DNA of 63,001 bases, the filler included, from Choristocarpus tenellus KU-1152 (lineage: Eukaryota; Protista; Phaeophyceae), in NCBI GenBank assembly GCA_964200185.2. It is 10 parts of 10 records of this genome, joined end to end, with 100 filler letters (N's around TTAATTAATTAA, not from the genome) between each part and the next. Parts side by side here need not be neighbours in the genome. Positions count along the whole stretch, not along the records: positions 37,748 to 40,672 come from CAXNAD020023615.1; positions 40,773 to 48,315 come from CAXNAD020005984.1; 8 more parts are not named here. The stretch is one strand, 5' to 3'. The notes under the pieces are model-generated. The model worked only from the letters and a program-made list of their open reading frames with translations. It made no database searches and had not been told where the DNA came from. Shown piece by piece: positions 37,792 to 48,315 of the stretch. The translations under genes were made by a program, and so were the position numbers. Numbering within the stretch: position 1 is the first letter of the stretch; the number at the start of each line of letters is the position of its first letter.

Positions 37792-39987
37792 CTATTCATC
37801 AGCCCCTTCATCCTTCTCTGTATCATACCCTAACCCATCTTCTTCTTCCTCCTCGTCCTCCTCCGCATTGCTGACAAACTCTGGGTCATCTTCCATGGCA
37901 GAATCACCTGCACCCCTCCATACGTTGCGACCTTCCCCCTTTCCACCCGTGCCGGAAGAGGGACACTTGCGCTTTCTAGTGGTCATCGGCATCAATTCTG
38001 AGTCCGAATCCACCACTTCGAACCCACGAGAACGCACTACCCTAAGACCCGGGAGTGCGTTGAATGGTGATCTGGTGTCATTCTTTGCCCGGGGTTTGCA
38101 CACTCTCCCGACCATGGGCGTGATGAAACATCTGTCCGGGGTCAACCTGGGAGAAGGGGAGGAGGACCTGTTGATGGCTTCCACTCTGTGGCACTTTTGA
38201 CGTGAATTCGATGTTTGCGTCGTCTGCCTTCTCAGTCCAACGCATGTAGTACAGAGGTCAAGTGGCTGGCACGCGCAAGTAGAGCTCTGCGCCCAGCCCA
38301 CACACCTCCATTCCAGGCGAAAGCATGCGCTTGAGCTGTCTGCTGTTGGCCACATGAAGTAGACGAATGTACTGTTCTTCTTGGTCTCAGGAGAGATCGA
38401 ACTGAAGGCCTCTGATCGAGAGTTGCACACTTCGAGATCACCCCATGCAGGGAGGTCATTACCGCCGACTTTGTAGTCTTTCCCTTCAAGCGGGAACAAG
38501 GCCATTTCTGCGGGATTCGAGGACGAGCTTGCACGCGGCTGAATATTGCGGAAGACAAAGACGGTGGTGGGGTTGGGTGGAGTCGAGGGGTGTTGAGGGG
38601 GGGGGGGCAGAGTACGGCGATTCATGAATGTTCGTGATTTGGAGGTAATGTCATCCGAAGAAGGTGGTGCAAAAACGGCAACCTTATTGTGGCAAAAAGT
38701 CGAACACACTACCGATGCAATACTTACCTGTAAGGCCCATATTTTTGTACACGTCGTATTTGGGTGCCGTATAAGGTAGGTTAGGACTCAGGAATAAAAA
38801 AAAATAGTATTTTCTGCATACCGGTAACTAAACTCTGCCGCTCGATCTTCACAAAATACGTAAGTTAGCGCATTCTATACCACATTCACCTCGATCTTGT
38901 AGCTGAAGTCCGTCGCCACCGTCTACGCAACGAAAATGGTCGCCTCATCGCGTCCCATTGCCTTTCCCTGAGGATGGACGGCCTCAGCAAAACATCGCTG
39001 CATCTCCGTTGGGATGAGGGTCTGCCCCAAGGCTTCCGGAAGACAGGAAGGGTCTATTACGCGTTCTTGAAAAAGAGATGTGGATACCTGGAACATCATG
39101 TGCGTACATGTGATAGCCCAACAATGTGGCAGTGAAGTGGGTTAGCCATGCGATAAGGTTTTGTCACATATGTAAGGGTTATTCCGGCGTTGGTTAAAGA
39201 TGTTGTGGTGTACTGCAGCACGTTTGTTTATTGTTTGTGCGGGGAAGGAGGACATTATGACGGGACAAGGGTTAGGTGGGGAGCGATCACGGGACACACA
39301 CGGCCTACGGCACCGAGAAACATGTTGCTGTGGACAGGAATACCACGAGGGACAAAAAAGATGAGCAACGAAAAGATCCACAATGGGCTGACTGACAATG
39401 AACATAGCAAGAGAAACTCGGCAACAACTTCGTATATCAGAATAGTCATCAGGCGATCACGAAACAACGAAAACGCTCAGTTTACTTCAGTGCTTAGTTG
39501 ATCAGAACGGTCAGGCGATTATGGAACAACGAAAACGCTCCATCACCCACCGTTGGCGATTAGCCTCTCTTCTGCTTGGTTGAACTTCATGTAGATCCGC
39601 ATGGTGAAAGCTCTCGGGATCAAACACTCTCTTCAGCACCATTACTCTATGGTTTCCGTCCAATACACGCCCTTCAATGGCAAGTGCAGTTTCGGCGTTG
39701 AGCTGATCCACATTACCTAAACATTCTCGCTGGATGACAACACTTGGAGCAAACTGCTCCAGCCAGCCTTTCTCCTTTATAGACTTTCTCACGTGCGCAA
39801 GGCCACGCTCGCTTAAAGGACGCACCATATCTGCGCATGTGACGCTTGTGAGTTTCATCTTATACAAGCCAAGGTAGTGCTGCTCTAGGAGCTGGGACAT
39901 GCCATTCAGAGTTAAGTCCTGCGTTCTGGATCCGTGGGCATTTCCATCAGGGGGTGGGTGGGTTGTTGTTGAGGGAATGTTGAACAT
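37792..39987 (-). pseudogene. Multi-exon gene with an N-terminal ParB/sulfiredoxin-like domain and a Cys-rich plus acidic C-terminal ORF; frameshift and stop present
   Basis: VRPLSERGLAHVRKSIKEKGW...RVLDGNHRV; donor at ANG|gtggg after a frameshift; exon at about 39087-38890 with an internal TAG; ORF 38709-37792. Confidence 0.6.
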
Positions 39988-40099
39988 GGCAAAGATTGGG
40001 AGGGTGTGATGGGGATGGATAAGTAAGAGGTCTGCGTGTATCTACGGAAGGGAATGAACTGAATTTAGGACTGAGGGATGGGAGGTGCTGTTTTATGTC

Positions 40100-40672
40100 G
40101 TCTGGTCTGTCAATCCTCAAAACTCAGATTTCACCATTTTTTATGAGAATTGTGTTACAAAAATACGAATATCAAAAACAGCATACAATTTCATATTGAA
40201 CTGGGACAGATAGTATCTGTATTTTTGTGACCTTTTCGTTTCGTATGTTTCAAACGTATTAGATCAATGAAGGATGTGGTTTGTATCTGTATTTGTTGGT
40301 GTAAAGATTAGAATATCATTCTACTTTTGGAAAAACCCTAACGCACGTCTTTTGGGTGTTCAACGGTGTTCAAGATTACTGCTAACCTTGAATACCGTAC
40401 ATCCGCTTTTTTGTGGTCTCTAGTGTTTATTTAAATACTAAAGACGCCAAAAAGCGGATTTAGCATTTAATTAAATAGTAGGTACCAGTTGGAAAGACTT
40501 CTTAGGGTTTCTGAAAATTGGAAACGTGTGAGACCCATAAAGTACGTTCTTGGTACTTTAAAAAGCCCTAAGAATGGTTTTTAGTGGATTTAGTATTATA
40601 AAAAACCCTAACGCACGTGTAAAGTGTATCTTTGGTTATTCGTGGTTAGCGGTAATCACTTTTAACCAAAGA
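40100..40672. mobile_element. Transposon-like subterminal region upstream of the ParB-like gene
   Basis: aaaaaccctaacgcacgt repeated near 40332 and 40601, with related short direct and inverted motifs. Confidence 0.45.
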
Positions 40673-40772
40673 NNNNNNNNNNNNNNNNNNNNNNNNNNNN
40701 NNNNNNNNNNNNNNNNTTAATTAATTAANNNNNNNNNNNNNNNNNNNNNNNNNNNNNNNNNNNNNNNNNNNN

Positions 40773-40819
40773 TGGACACCGTGGGGTAGACCCCCCCCCC
40801 CTCCCAGATACTTTGGGTC
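40773..40819 (+). mobile_element. MITE family A right end at a contig start
   Basis: tggacacc...cccagatactttgggtc. Confidence 0.85.
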
Positions 40820-41479
40820 ATCAGCATACGCACTCAACTCACGCTCAGTATTAAAAACCACCAAAACTCAATCCAACACCGGGACACGTATTCAAATATG
40901 CTAAAACATACTTCACTGTACACCAATCATTGTGTGACTTTGGCATTACTACTGTACTTAGCAACTTCACGAACTGCATTTGCAATGTCAAGCCTAGTTA
41001 TAACAGGTGCCCATTATCAAAATATCATTTATACCGGCTACGAAAAGATCATCATCACGTGAGGGGGTATCACGGCATAAACAACGCCATCTTTTACGTA
41101 GCGTAACACACAGGGATCTGCTCTGCATTACTCAAAAACGTGCATGAACAAATTGTTAAACTCCCTGCTAGCCTGTTTGGTGCCATAAAACAAGCTTTCA
41201 CTCAACACACAATCTTTCCTACTCATGTACCACATCCATCACAAAAACGAACAAATATTTATTTTTCTGGTTTCTGCTCTAATAAAAATCTGCTTTATAT
41301 CCCAATCCCGCAATTCCATGTCCGTAATTAATGTCAAAAACCACTCTTAAACGTACAGGCCATGTCGTCAGGGCAAAGGTATCACAGAAAATCTAAATCC
41401 TTAGTCTCATGAAAACCCTGTTGCTACTAGACATGCCTTGTATCTCACTACCTTACCAAATTCATTGAACTTGTGCTAG

Positions 41480-43180
41480 TCAATCTATTTTGGGGTAAAT
41501 TGTCCTGCATCCAGGGAGTAACACGGCCTCCACCCAACTGTCATTCAAACAAACCGGACATCTCTTCAGCTCTAGGTCGATCCCATCAATCACATTTAGG
41601 TGAACTATGTGCTGTTCTTACAGTCTTGGGTTCTAGAGGGATATCATCCGCTAATACTCTAATAGACGTTTGACTCAAAGTATCTGGGGGGGGGTGGCGG
41701 CTCTCCATTTGGTGTCAATTTTTTCATGTCACGATTCTTGTGTGATTTGGTTACATACGTCGGATGGATAATGAAAGTGCACTTTTCCTGGTTATGACCC
41801 CAACGGACACCCTGATGTAGACCCCCTCCCCCTCCCAGATCATTTGCGTCTTCACTCACAAACATCACATGGGCAGTCTCAATGGAAACAGACAAACAAG
41901 TAATAAAAAATTGGACATGTCAGAAACAGCAGCTTTGGCGGAAGTATTCTGATGGCTACCAGATCTTGCACAGTGAGGGGGGGTGTTGCCGTTGTCACCA
42001 TCACCTAATTCTCCTTCAATCCAGCTGATTCCATCATCTTCACCACATTCACACCTCATCTCCTGGATTTCTTCAGTCCTCCGGCATGCATGTGGAGGGA
42101 GGATGTATCCTGGAGTGTCGTCCAAATCTTCATCATCCCATTCGAAATCAAAAATTGGAAATTGTACCCTGCCATCTTTGGTTGCATCTTCTGGGGGTGG
42201 GAGTTGTTTGGCGTCAGTATTGTACATGGATCCATCCCACTTCAAAACAAGTGGGAGACCCTCCCCATCAGATATGAAGTACGCCATACTTATTGCCTTG
42301 ATATTGTTACATCTTTTACCACACCGGCCGAGTGTGAGGAGAGTAAACTAAATGTAAGAGATCTGGGACTAATGCAACATACTCCAAAGTAATGTGCACC
42401 CCCTCATCAAGGCCTACAATGGTTATTGATGTGTCGTTAGCACTGTCACGTTTCGGCCTTGGGGACTTGGGGTGAAGTCATATATATATGTTGGGTCTTT
42501 AGTCACACTATTGGATGCCCCAGTAACAAAACACCATCTCTCTGAATCACATCGGCTCACCTTGTCACTGTCAGAGGCTAACATGGTCTTGAAATTTCTC
42601 CCTCCAATCCAGCTAACACATCCGCCCGCTTAGGCGACGTTGCTCTTGTCTGGCGACTCAGCTGAAATTGTCTATTACCTCCAAAGTTATAAAAATCATT
42701 CGCCTGCTTAGACGGTGCCGCACTCCTCTGTCGGCAAACAAACTGGAGGTGTCCCTTACCTCCACAGTTGTAGCATAGTCCTTCGGAAGAACAAGGGTCA
42801 GCATGCTTGATCAGTCCAAATTTTGAGCATCTGCTGATCTCGTTCCTGACACGAGATCCTGTCGAATCAGATTCTGTATGATGAACAGTCATACTTTGGC
42901 TGCCTCCTCGGCCAACCGTTTTGTGGGTCCTTGCGGTCAGAGCGTTCCCAGGCTCTCCGCAATCAGATACCTCCCGTTGAAGAGAGAAGTAGTGCGATCA
43001 AGCAGCTTGTTGTATTTTAGCTCTCGATCGCTCACTCTCATGATGATGCTGGAGATAGTGTTTGGAGATCTGATAGCCGTTGTCCAAACAATCTAATGTA
43101 GAGATTTGCAGCACCTGCTCGGACATCACATACCCCGTCATCACCATCTGGCCAACCTAGTCCAACATCATCATACAGGT
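41480..43180 (-). pseudogene. Copia gag-protease relic
   Basis: CYNCGGKGHLQFVC knuckle; WCFVTGASNSVT (degenerate protease); VALVPDL. Confidence 0.75.
41672..41850 (+). mobile_element. MITE family A
   Basis: gactcaaagtatctgggg ... cccagatcatttgcgtc; flanks TTT/TTC. Confidence 0.9.
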
Positions 43181-43189
43181 GATTTGGGT

Positions 43190-43446
43190 CAGTCAATGTA
43201 TCTTAGAGGGTAGAGTCGCGTCTGTTTGGCGGCAAAATCAAATGTTGCAATTCTTATGTAATTTTGACTATCGTGTTTGTTAGGAAGTGTCAATATCCTT
43301 GCTCCAGATACACCTTTCATAACATGCACATTTTACCTACTCCAAACCTTTGGAGTAGGTAAAATGACAATAAAAAAAAGTGAGGGAGTCCATGCCCCAA
43401 ATGGACAAACAGGACAAAACTCCTACCCTCTGAGATACTTTCACTC
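43190..43446 (+). mobile_element. MITE family B
   Basis: Colinear with 36091-36349; TSD not preserved. Confidence 0.9.
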
Positions 43447-44537
43447 AATGTTCCCATAGCTGTTGCCAAGCTCCTGAAGGTGACGCTGCATTGCGGACAA
43501 TGCACCTGTAAAACCCGCTTGTACTCCTCAACAGGGCGCCATATGCCTTCTTGACTTTGGTGACCTCATCTTTACTGATGTCTTCCACCTCTCGAGATTC
43601 AGTTGGGGAAGAAGGAGTTGTGGTCGATACCATATGCGATCCCTCCTTAGCCCCCCTTCCGGAAGGTCTTTCTGTCCTCTCCTTGGCTCGAACAGTCAGG
43701 GGACATTCGCTCGCCTCATGACCTAACCCTGTGCATCTCATGCATCTTCTACCTTGGTCATCATCTCCCCCCAGTCTTGTAGCCTGATCAAGGTCGGGGC
43801 AGTTGTACTTGGTGTGGCCATCTTTGCCACATATAAAACAGAGTACACAGCCCTTTCCTCGACCCTTTCTGCCAGCAGTCCCCCTTCCCACGCTCACAAC
43901 CAGGGCATGGTGATTCCCTTCGCCACTTGATGAAGAATTTGACGAATTCCATCCTGGAAGTCTCTACATCGACTCCACGTCCACTGCCCAGACTAATCTC
44001 CCACAGATGATGTCGGGGCCATGAAGACCGAGGTCACAGTCATATACTCCAAGGGTAGCTTGAGCTCTCACTGCAAAAGCAAGGTTAATCCTCTCCCTAC
44101 TTCCCAGTGAACGTTAGAAGGTTGGCGACCTTGGTGTGGTTGCTGGCAGACATCTTGTACACAATAATTGCTCACTACCAGCCTTGTCGCTCAGCACAAC
44201 GTCCCAGGAACAATCAGTCCGCTACGTAGCATGTTGAAATATTCAACACTGGACCCGCGCCTGCGTGCCTTGATAGAGGACAATAAATGGCTTGGTGTAG
44301 ATAGACAATATTAATGTGACAAGGTGCTTGTGGTCTCAGTTCTGCTGACCGAATTGGTGGGGTTGAGACAAGTGCAGACTACCATGTGGTATTTGCAACA
44401 TTCACATGGATAATCGGAAAAGAATAGTATATATGTATGTATCATGTGTACCATGTACGATATATCAACGGATAATCTTATATCAGGTCCCTACAATACA
44501 AGAACATTGGGTAGACCTTAACTGAAATATATGGAAA

Positions 44538-44792
44538 GAGCCAAAGTATCTTAGAGGGTAGGACTTTGTCCATTTGGGCCCAGAATACAATGTTGAGATT
44601 TTGATGTAATTTTAGCTGTCGTGTTTGTTGGGAAGTGTCAATATCCTTGTTCTGGACGCACCTCTTCATGCCGTAGACATTTTACCCACTCCGAAACATT
44701 TTGGAGTAGGAAAATGTAATAAAAATACGCCATGGGAAGTCAACCCCCAAATGGACAGTGCAAAACTCGTACCCTCTAAGATAGTTTCACTC
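44538..44792 (+). mobile_element. MITE family B
   Basis: Both TIRs present; TSD AAA. Confidence 0.93.
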
Positions 44793-45111
44793 AAACATAT
44801 ATCTGGCTCTACCTTTCCTAATCTACTCCACCGATGGTGTCTATAGTTTATCAGCAGCACTACCTACGAACACTTCTCCCTTAGTAAAATCTATGTCACC
44901 CACTCTGATACGTTCTTCCCTGACCTCTAATGCCTCATCAATATCACCCTTTGCACCAAAAAATGCACGGGCTGTGGCGAACCAATCGGCATAGTTGTCA
45001 TTCGTTAGTTGAAGGAGTTTGTGTGAAAGCCATCAGAAGTCATGAGTGATGTAATACCAACTCAAACCAAACCAGTCCAGCTGCACCTCCCCTACCTAGA
45101 GTTTGGGTTTT

Positions 45112-45125
45112 GAACTAAAGTATCT

Positions 45126-45175
<50 letters not shown>

Positions 45176-45323
45176 CGACACAAGGGTGTCTATTTGGGTC
45201 AAAATCAGGAAGAGTGCATTTACATTATCCATCTTATGTATGCAACCAAATCACCCAAAAATCGCGACATGAAAAATTTGACCTCAAACAAACAGCTGCC
45301 ACCCCTCCCAGATACCTTGGGTC
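45112..45323 (-). mobile_element. MITE family A with an expanded G tract
   Basis: Both TIRs present; paralogous empty site at about 45700-45728. Confidence 0.92.
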
Positions 45324-45979
45324 CTTGGCGCTTAAGCGTATTAGAGCAACACATAGCTGTTGCCAAGCTCCTGAAGGTGACGCTGCATTGCAGACAATGC
45401 ACCTCTGTATAGCCCACGATAATCCTCAGCAGGACGTCATATGCCTTTTGGCCTTGGTGACCTCTTCTTCATCCACATCTTTACCCTTGATGAAATCAAT
45501 ATCACCCACCCTGGTGGGTTCCTCCCTGACCTCTAGTGCCTCATCATTATCGCCATTTGCACCCAAAAATGCATGGGTTGTGGCGAACCAGTCGGCATAG
45601 TTGTCATCCATGAGCTGAAGGAGTTTGGTGTGAAACCCATCAGAAGCCATGAGTGATGTAATACCTTCAAACCAAACCAGTCCGGCTGCACCTCCCCTAC
45701 GTAGAGTCTGGATTAGGTGCTTAAGCGTGTTGAGAAGCTTGGTGCGGTATAGGCTCGTCGCCAAAAGCTAGTAGTTGAGTTACATGGTAAAACATACACT
45801 GAATCATTAATTGCCCACCAGGTGTCCAACACTGGCTGATCATATAGTTTGCATGTTATGACAGGTATTGTACCAAACCAAATATAAACGTGCATGAAAC
45901 CTATGTTATATACTTGTATCAGTACAGATAACACTAGATTATTCGACAGACTCAACCACCTCTCCACCCTCTTCAACTG

Positions 45980-46230
45980 GTGTTGCAGGTGTCATGTCTC
46001 TATACTCCACTCTTCTCGAAGTACGTCTATATGAAAGTACTTCCATACCTCTGGTCTCATGGCAGACTTTCCCAGTTTGGTGGCCTTGGCAACAGTCACC
46101 ATCACTGTGTAGCCCCTCGAACCAAGTTGAGGAGGAGTCAACGTAGACCTCTCCGACCCTGCAGCCGTGCTGCCAATTGCAGAGAACTCGATGCCCTCGA
46201 AGTCCATGTGAGACTCCACAGCTGAAGTAT
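45980..46230 (-). pseudogene. Possible BED-finger N-terminus of a hAT transposase
   Basis: RPEVWKYF resembles the BED motif S.VWKYF. Confidence 0.4.
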
Positions 46231-46291
46231 CACGTTACAAATCGCTCCGCAAGCAACCTCAAAGGTACAAAGCACTCCGCAAGTGTATGAT

Positions 46292-46549
46292 TTCTCAAAG
46301 TATCTTAGAGGGTAGAGCTGCGTCCGTTTGGGGGCCACAATCCAATGTTGCGATTTTGATGTAATTTTGGCTATCGTGTTTGTTAGGAAGTGCTGATATC
46401 CTTATTCTGGACACACCGCTTCATAACGTGTACATTTTACCTACTCCGAAATATCTTGGAGTAGGAAAATGTCATAAAACCCTCGAGAGAAGCCAAGCCC
46501 CAAATGGACAAACAGGGCAAAATTTACACCCTCTGAGATTGTTTCACTC
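46292..46549 (+). mobile_element. MITE family B
   Basis: tcaaagtatcttagagggtag ... ccctctgagattgtttcactc. Confidence 0.9.
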
Positions 46550-46659
46550 TGGATGTGTACCTCCAATCCACAAGACTGTATGTTGACCATGAAGCTTGTA
46601 GAGTGTTCCATAGTGTAATTGTGGTCAAATATACTGGATATTTCACTTCCACTATTCAC

Positions 46660-46772
46660 CTCGTGAATATCGTTAAGGTATAAAAAGAACCGGACAAAGA
46701 TGTATCACTTCTACGAGGCATCATAATGACTACTCCGATTATATTGTAGAAAAATAGTCAAGAAGTACTAAT
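46660..46772 (-). pseudogene. Decayed exon resembling a 2OG-Fe(II) (prolyl-4-hydroxylase-like) oxygenase
   Basis: AG/GT-bounded; reads HYDAS*K*YIFVRFFLYLNDIHE. Confidence 0.35.
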
Positions 46773-48145
46773 CTGTCAAATCTAGGACTTCAAGATCATA
46801 ACGGCTTTATGAAACCGCCATCAAGACATATCGCCTGTAACAATCATCCTTCCGTTACAAAACACTCCCATCAACTTACCTTGATGGGTCAGACAACTCC
46901 AATCCACAAGCCTGTAGGCAGATAGCAAGGCTCATAGAAGGCACCTGTGATGTGTCGATAGCCTGATAGCTAATGAAAATGAATGGGTATCAGGTTGTTA
47001 GATAAAAGGTATAGCTAATCTCAAGTTAAGGGTAGAACTAATCGCAGGGACCAAAGGTGGGTAGGAAGAACCACAATAGGAATCGGAATGGCCAAGTTTT
47101 CGGAAGCTGTAAAACAAGTAGAAATTGTTGCTATATTCTCAAGTTGCAGTCTTTACGCTGTATCTGTAGCAACTGGAATAGTCCCCTATTGAACTACCCA
47201 CGGTCATATTAGAGCGTGAGAAGCAATACATACGCCAATCGCCAGTAACATTTAATTGAAGATGCAATCTCTACCTTATCACCCCTGCGCCACATTTGTT
47301 CAGCCCTCAACCCTCCGCTTTCTGTCTCCATCACCCTCCAAAAACGGAAAAAGAGTGACGCATATGACATGCTAAATTTTATGGTGTGATCATCTACAAC
47401 AACACAACAATACCTTGGACCTTGAACCCATATGCCTAGAAACACGACTGGCACACCACAACGATGTTGAGGAAGACGTGCGAGATGGATACTTGATGTA
47501 ACGGAAAAAAGGTTTTGGAGGCATTTGAGTGTCCATGTAGTTCTGAGACTCAAAACTGTAACGGCATTTTTCCCTGTCAAATCCCTAGATAATAATTCTA
47601 AAAAATAGACAATCTCAATTATTTCACGCTTCCGCTGTTATTCATGATGAATTGATCGTTGTACTACCAATATATGTGTCCTGAGGAGTGAGATGATCAT
47701 TGTAAGTATAATATATTGGAAGCTGCAATGGTGTGCAATGCCCATTGCAACAACAAAGAAACCAAAGAGAAATTCCACTCTAGTAAATCTGTATGTGTGC
47801 AACTAACCCATGTATTGTACCCGTCTGTCTCTGAAGAGGAATTGCCATAATATGTATACCCACTTCCTCTAGACCACAAGTGTATATATGCCGCTTCAGG
47901 CAGCTGTGGTCTGTACATTTCCTTGAAGGCGTGACAAAAGTATACTCCATCCCTGTCGAAGTCATCACTACTGCACTCCCCCACCCCAACATATCATCCA
48001 TGCATTTCTGTCGACCCAAATGAGGTCAAAAAACATAACAGGTTCCAGAGTTTTGACCTCCTCCATGTGCTCAAGGTGAACAGCTGATCTTTCACTTTCG
48101 ATGCCTACGTTTGGCATCAATAAGTGGGAAGGAGTTTAGGGTGAT

Positions 48146-48315
48146 GAGCCAAGTATCTTAGAGGGTAGAGCTGCGTCCATTTGGGGGCCAAAATCCAATG
48201 TTGCGATTTTGATGTAATTTTGACTATCGTGTTTGCTAGGAAGTGTCAATATCCCTATTGCGGACCCATCATTTCATAGCGTATACATTCTACCTACTCC
48301 GAAATATTTTGGAGT
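48146..48315 (+). mobile_element. MITE family B 5' part, cut by the contig end
   Basis: gagccaagtatcttagagggtagagctgcgtccatttggggg. Confidence 0.9.

Larger units (their letters stand above)
43450..45790 (-). pseudogene. Mosaic of LTR-retrotransposon gag fragments (zinc knuckles; duplicated gag 5' segments)
   Basis: CFICGKDGHTKYNC and CMRCTGLGHEASEC; KLLQL..DNYADW segment at about 44900-45345 and 45345-45790; NAASPSGAWQQL twice. Confidence 0.75.
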
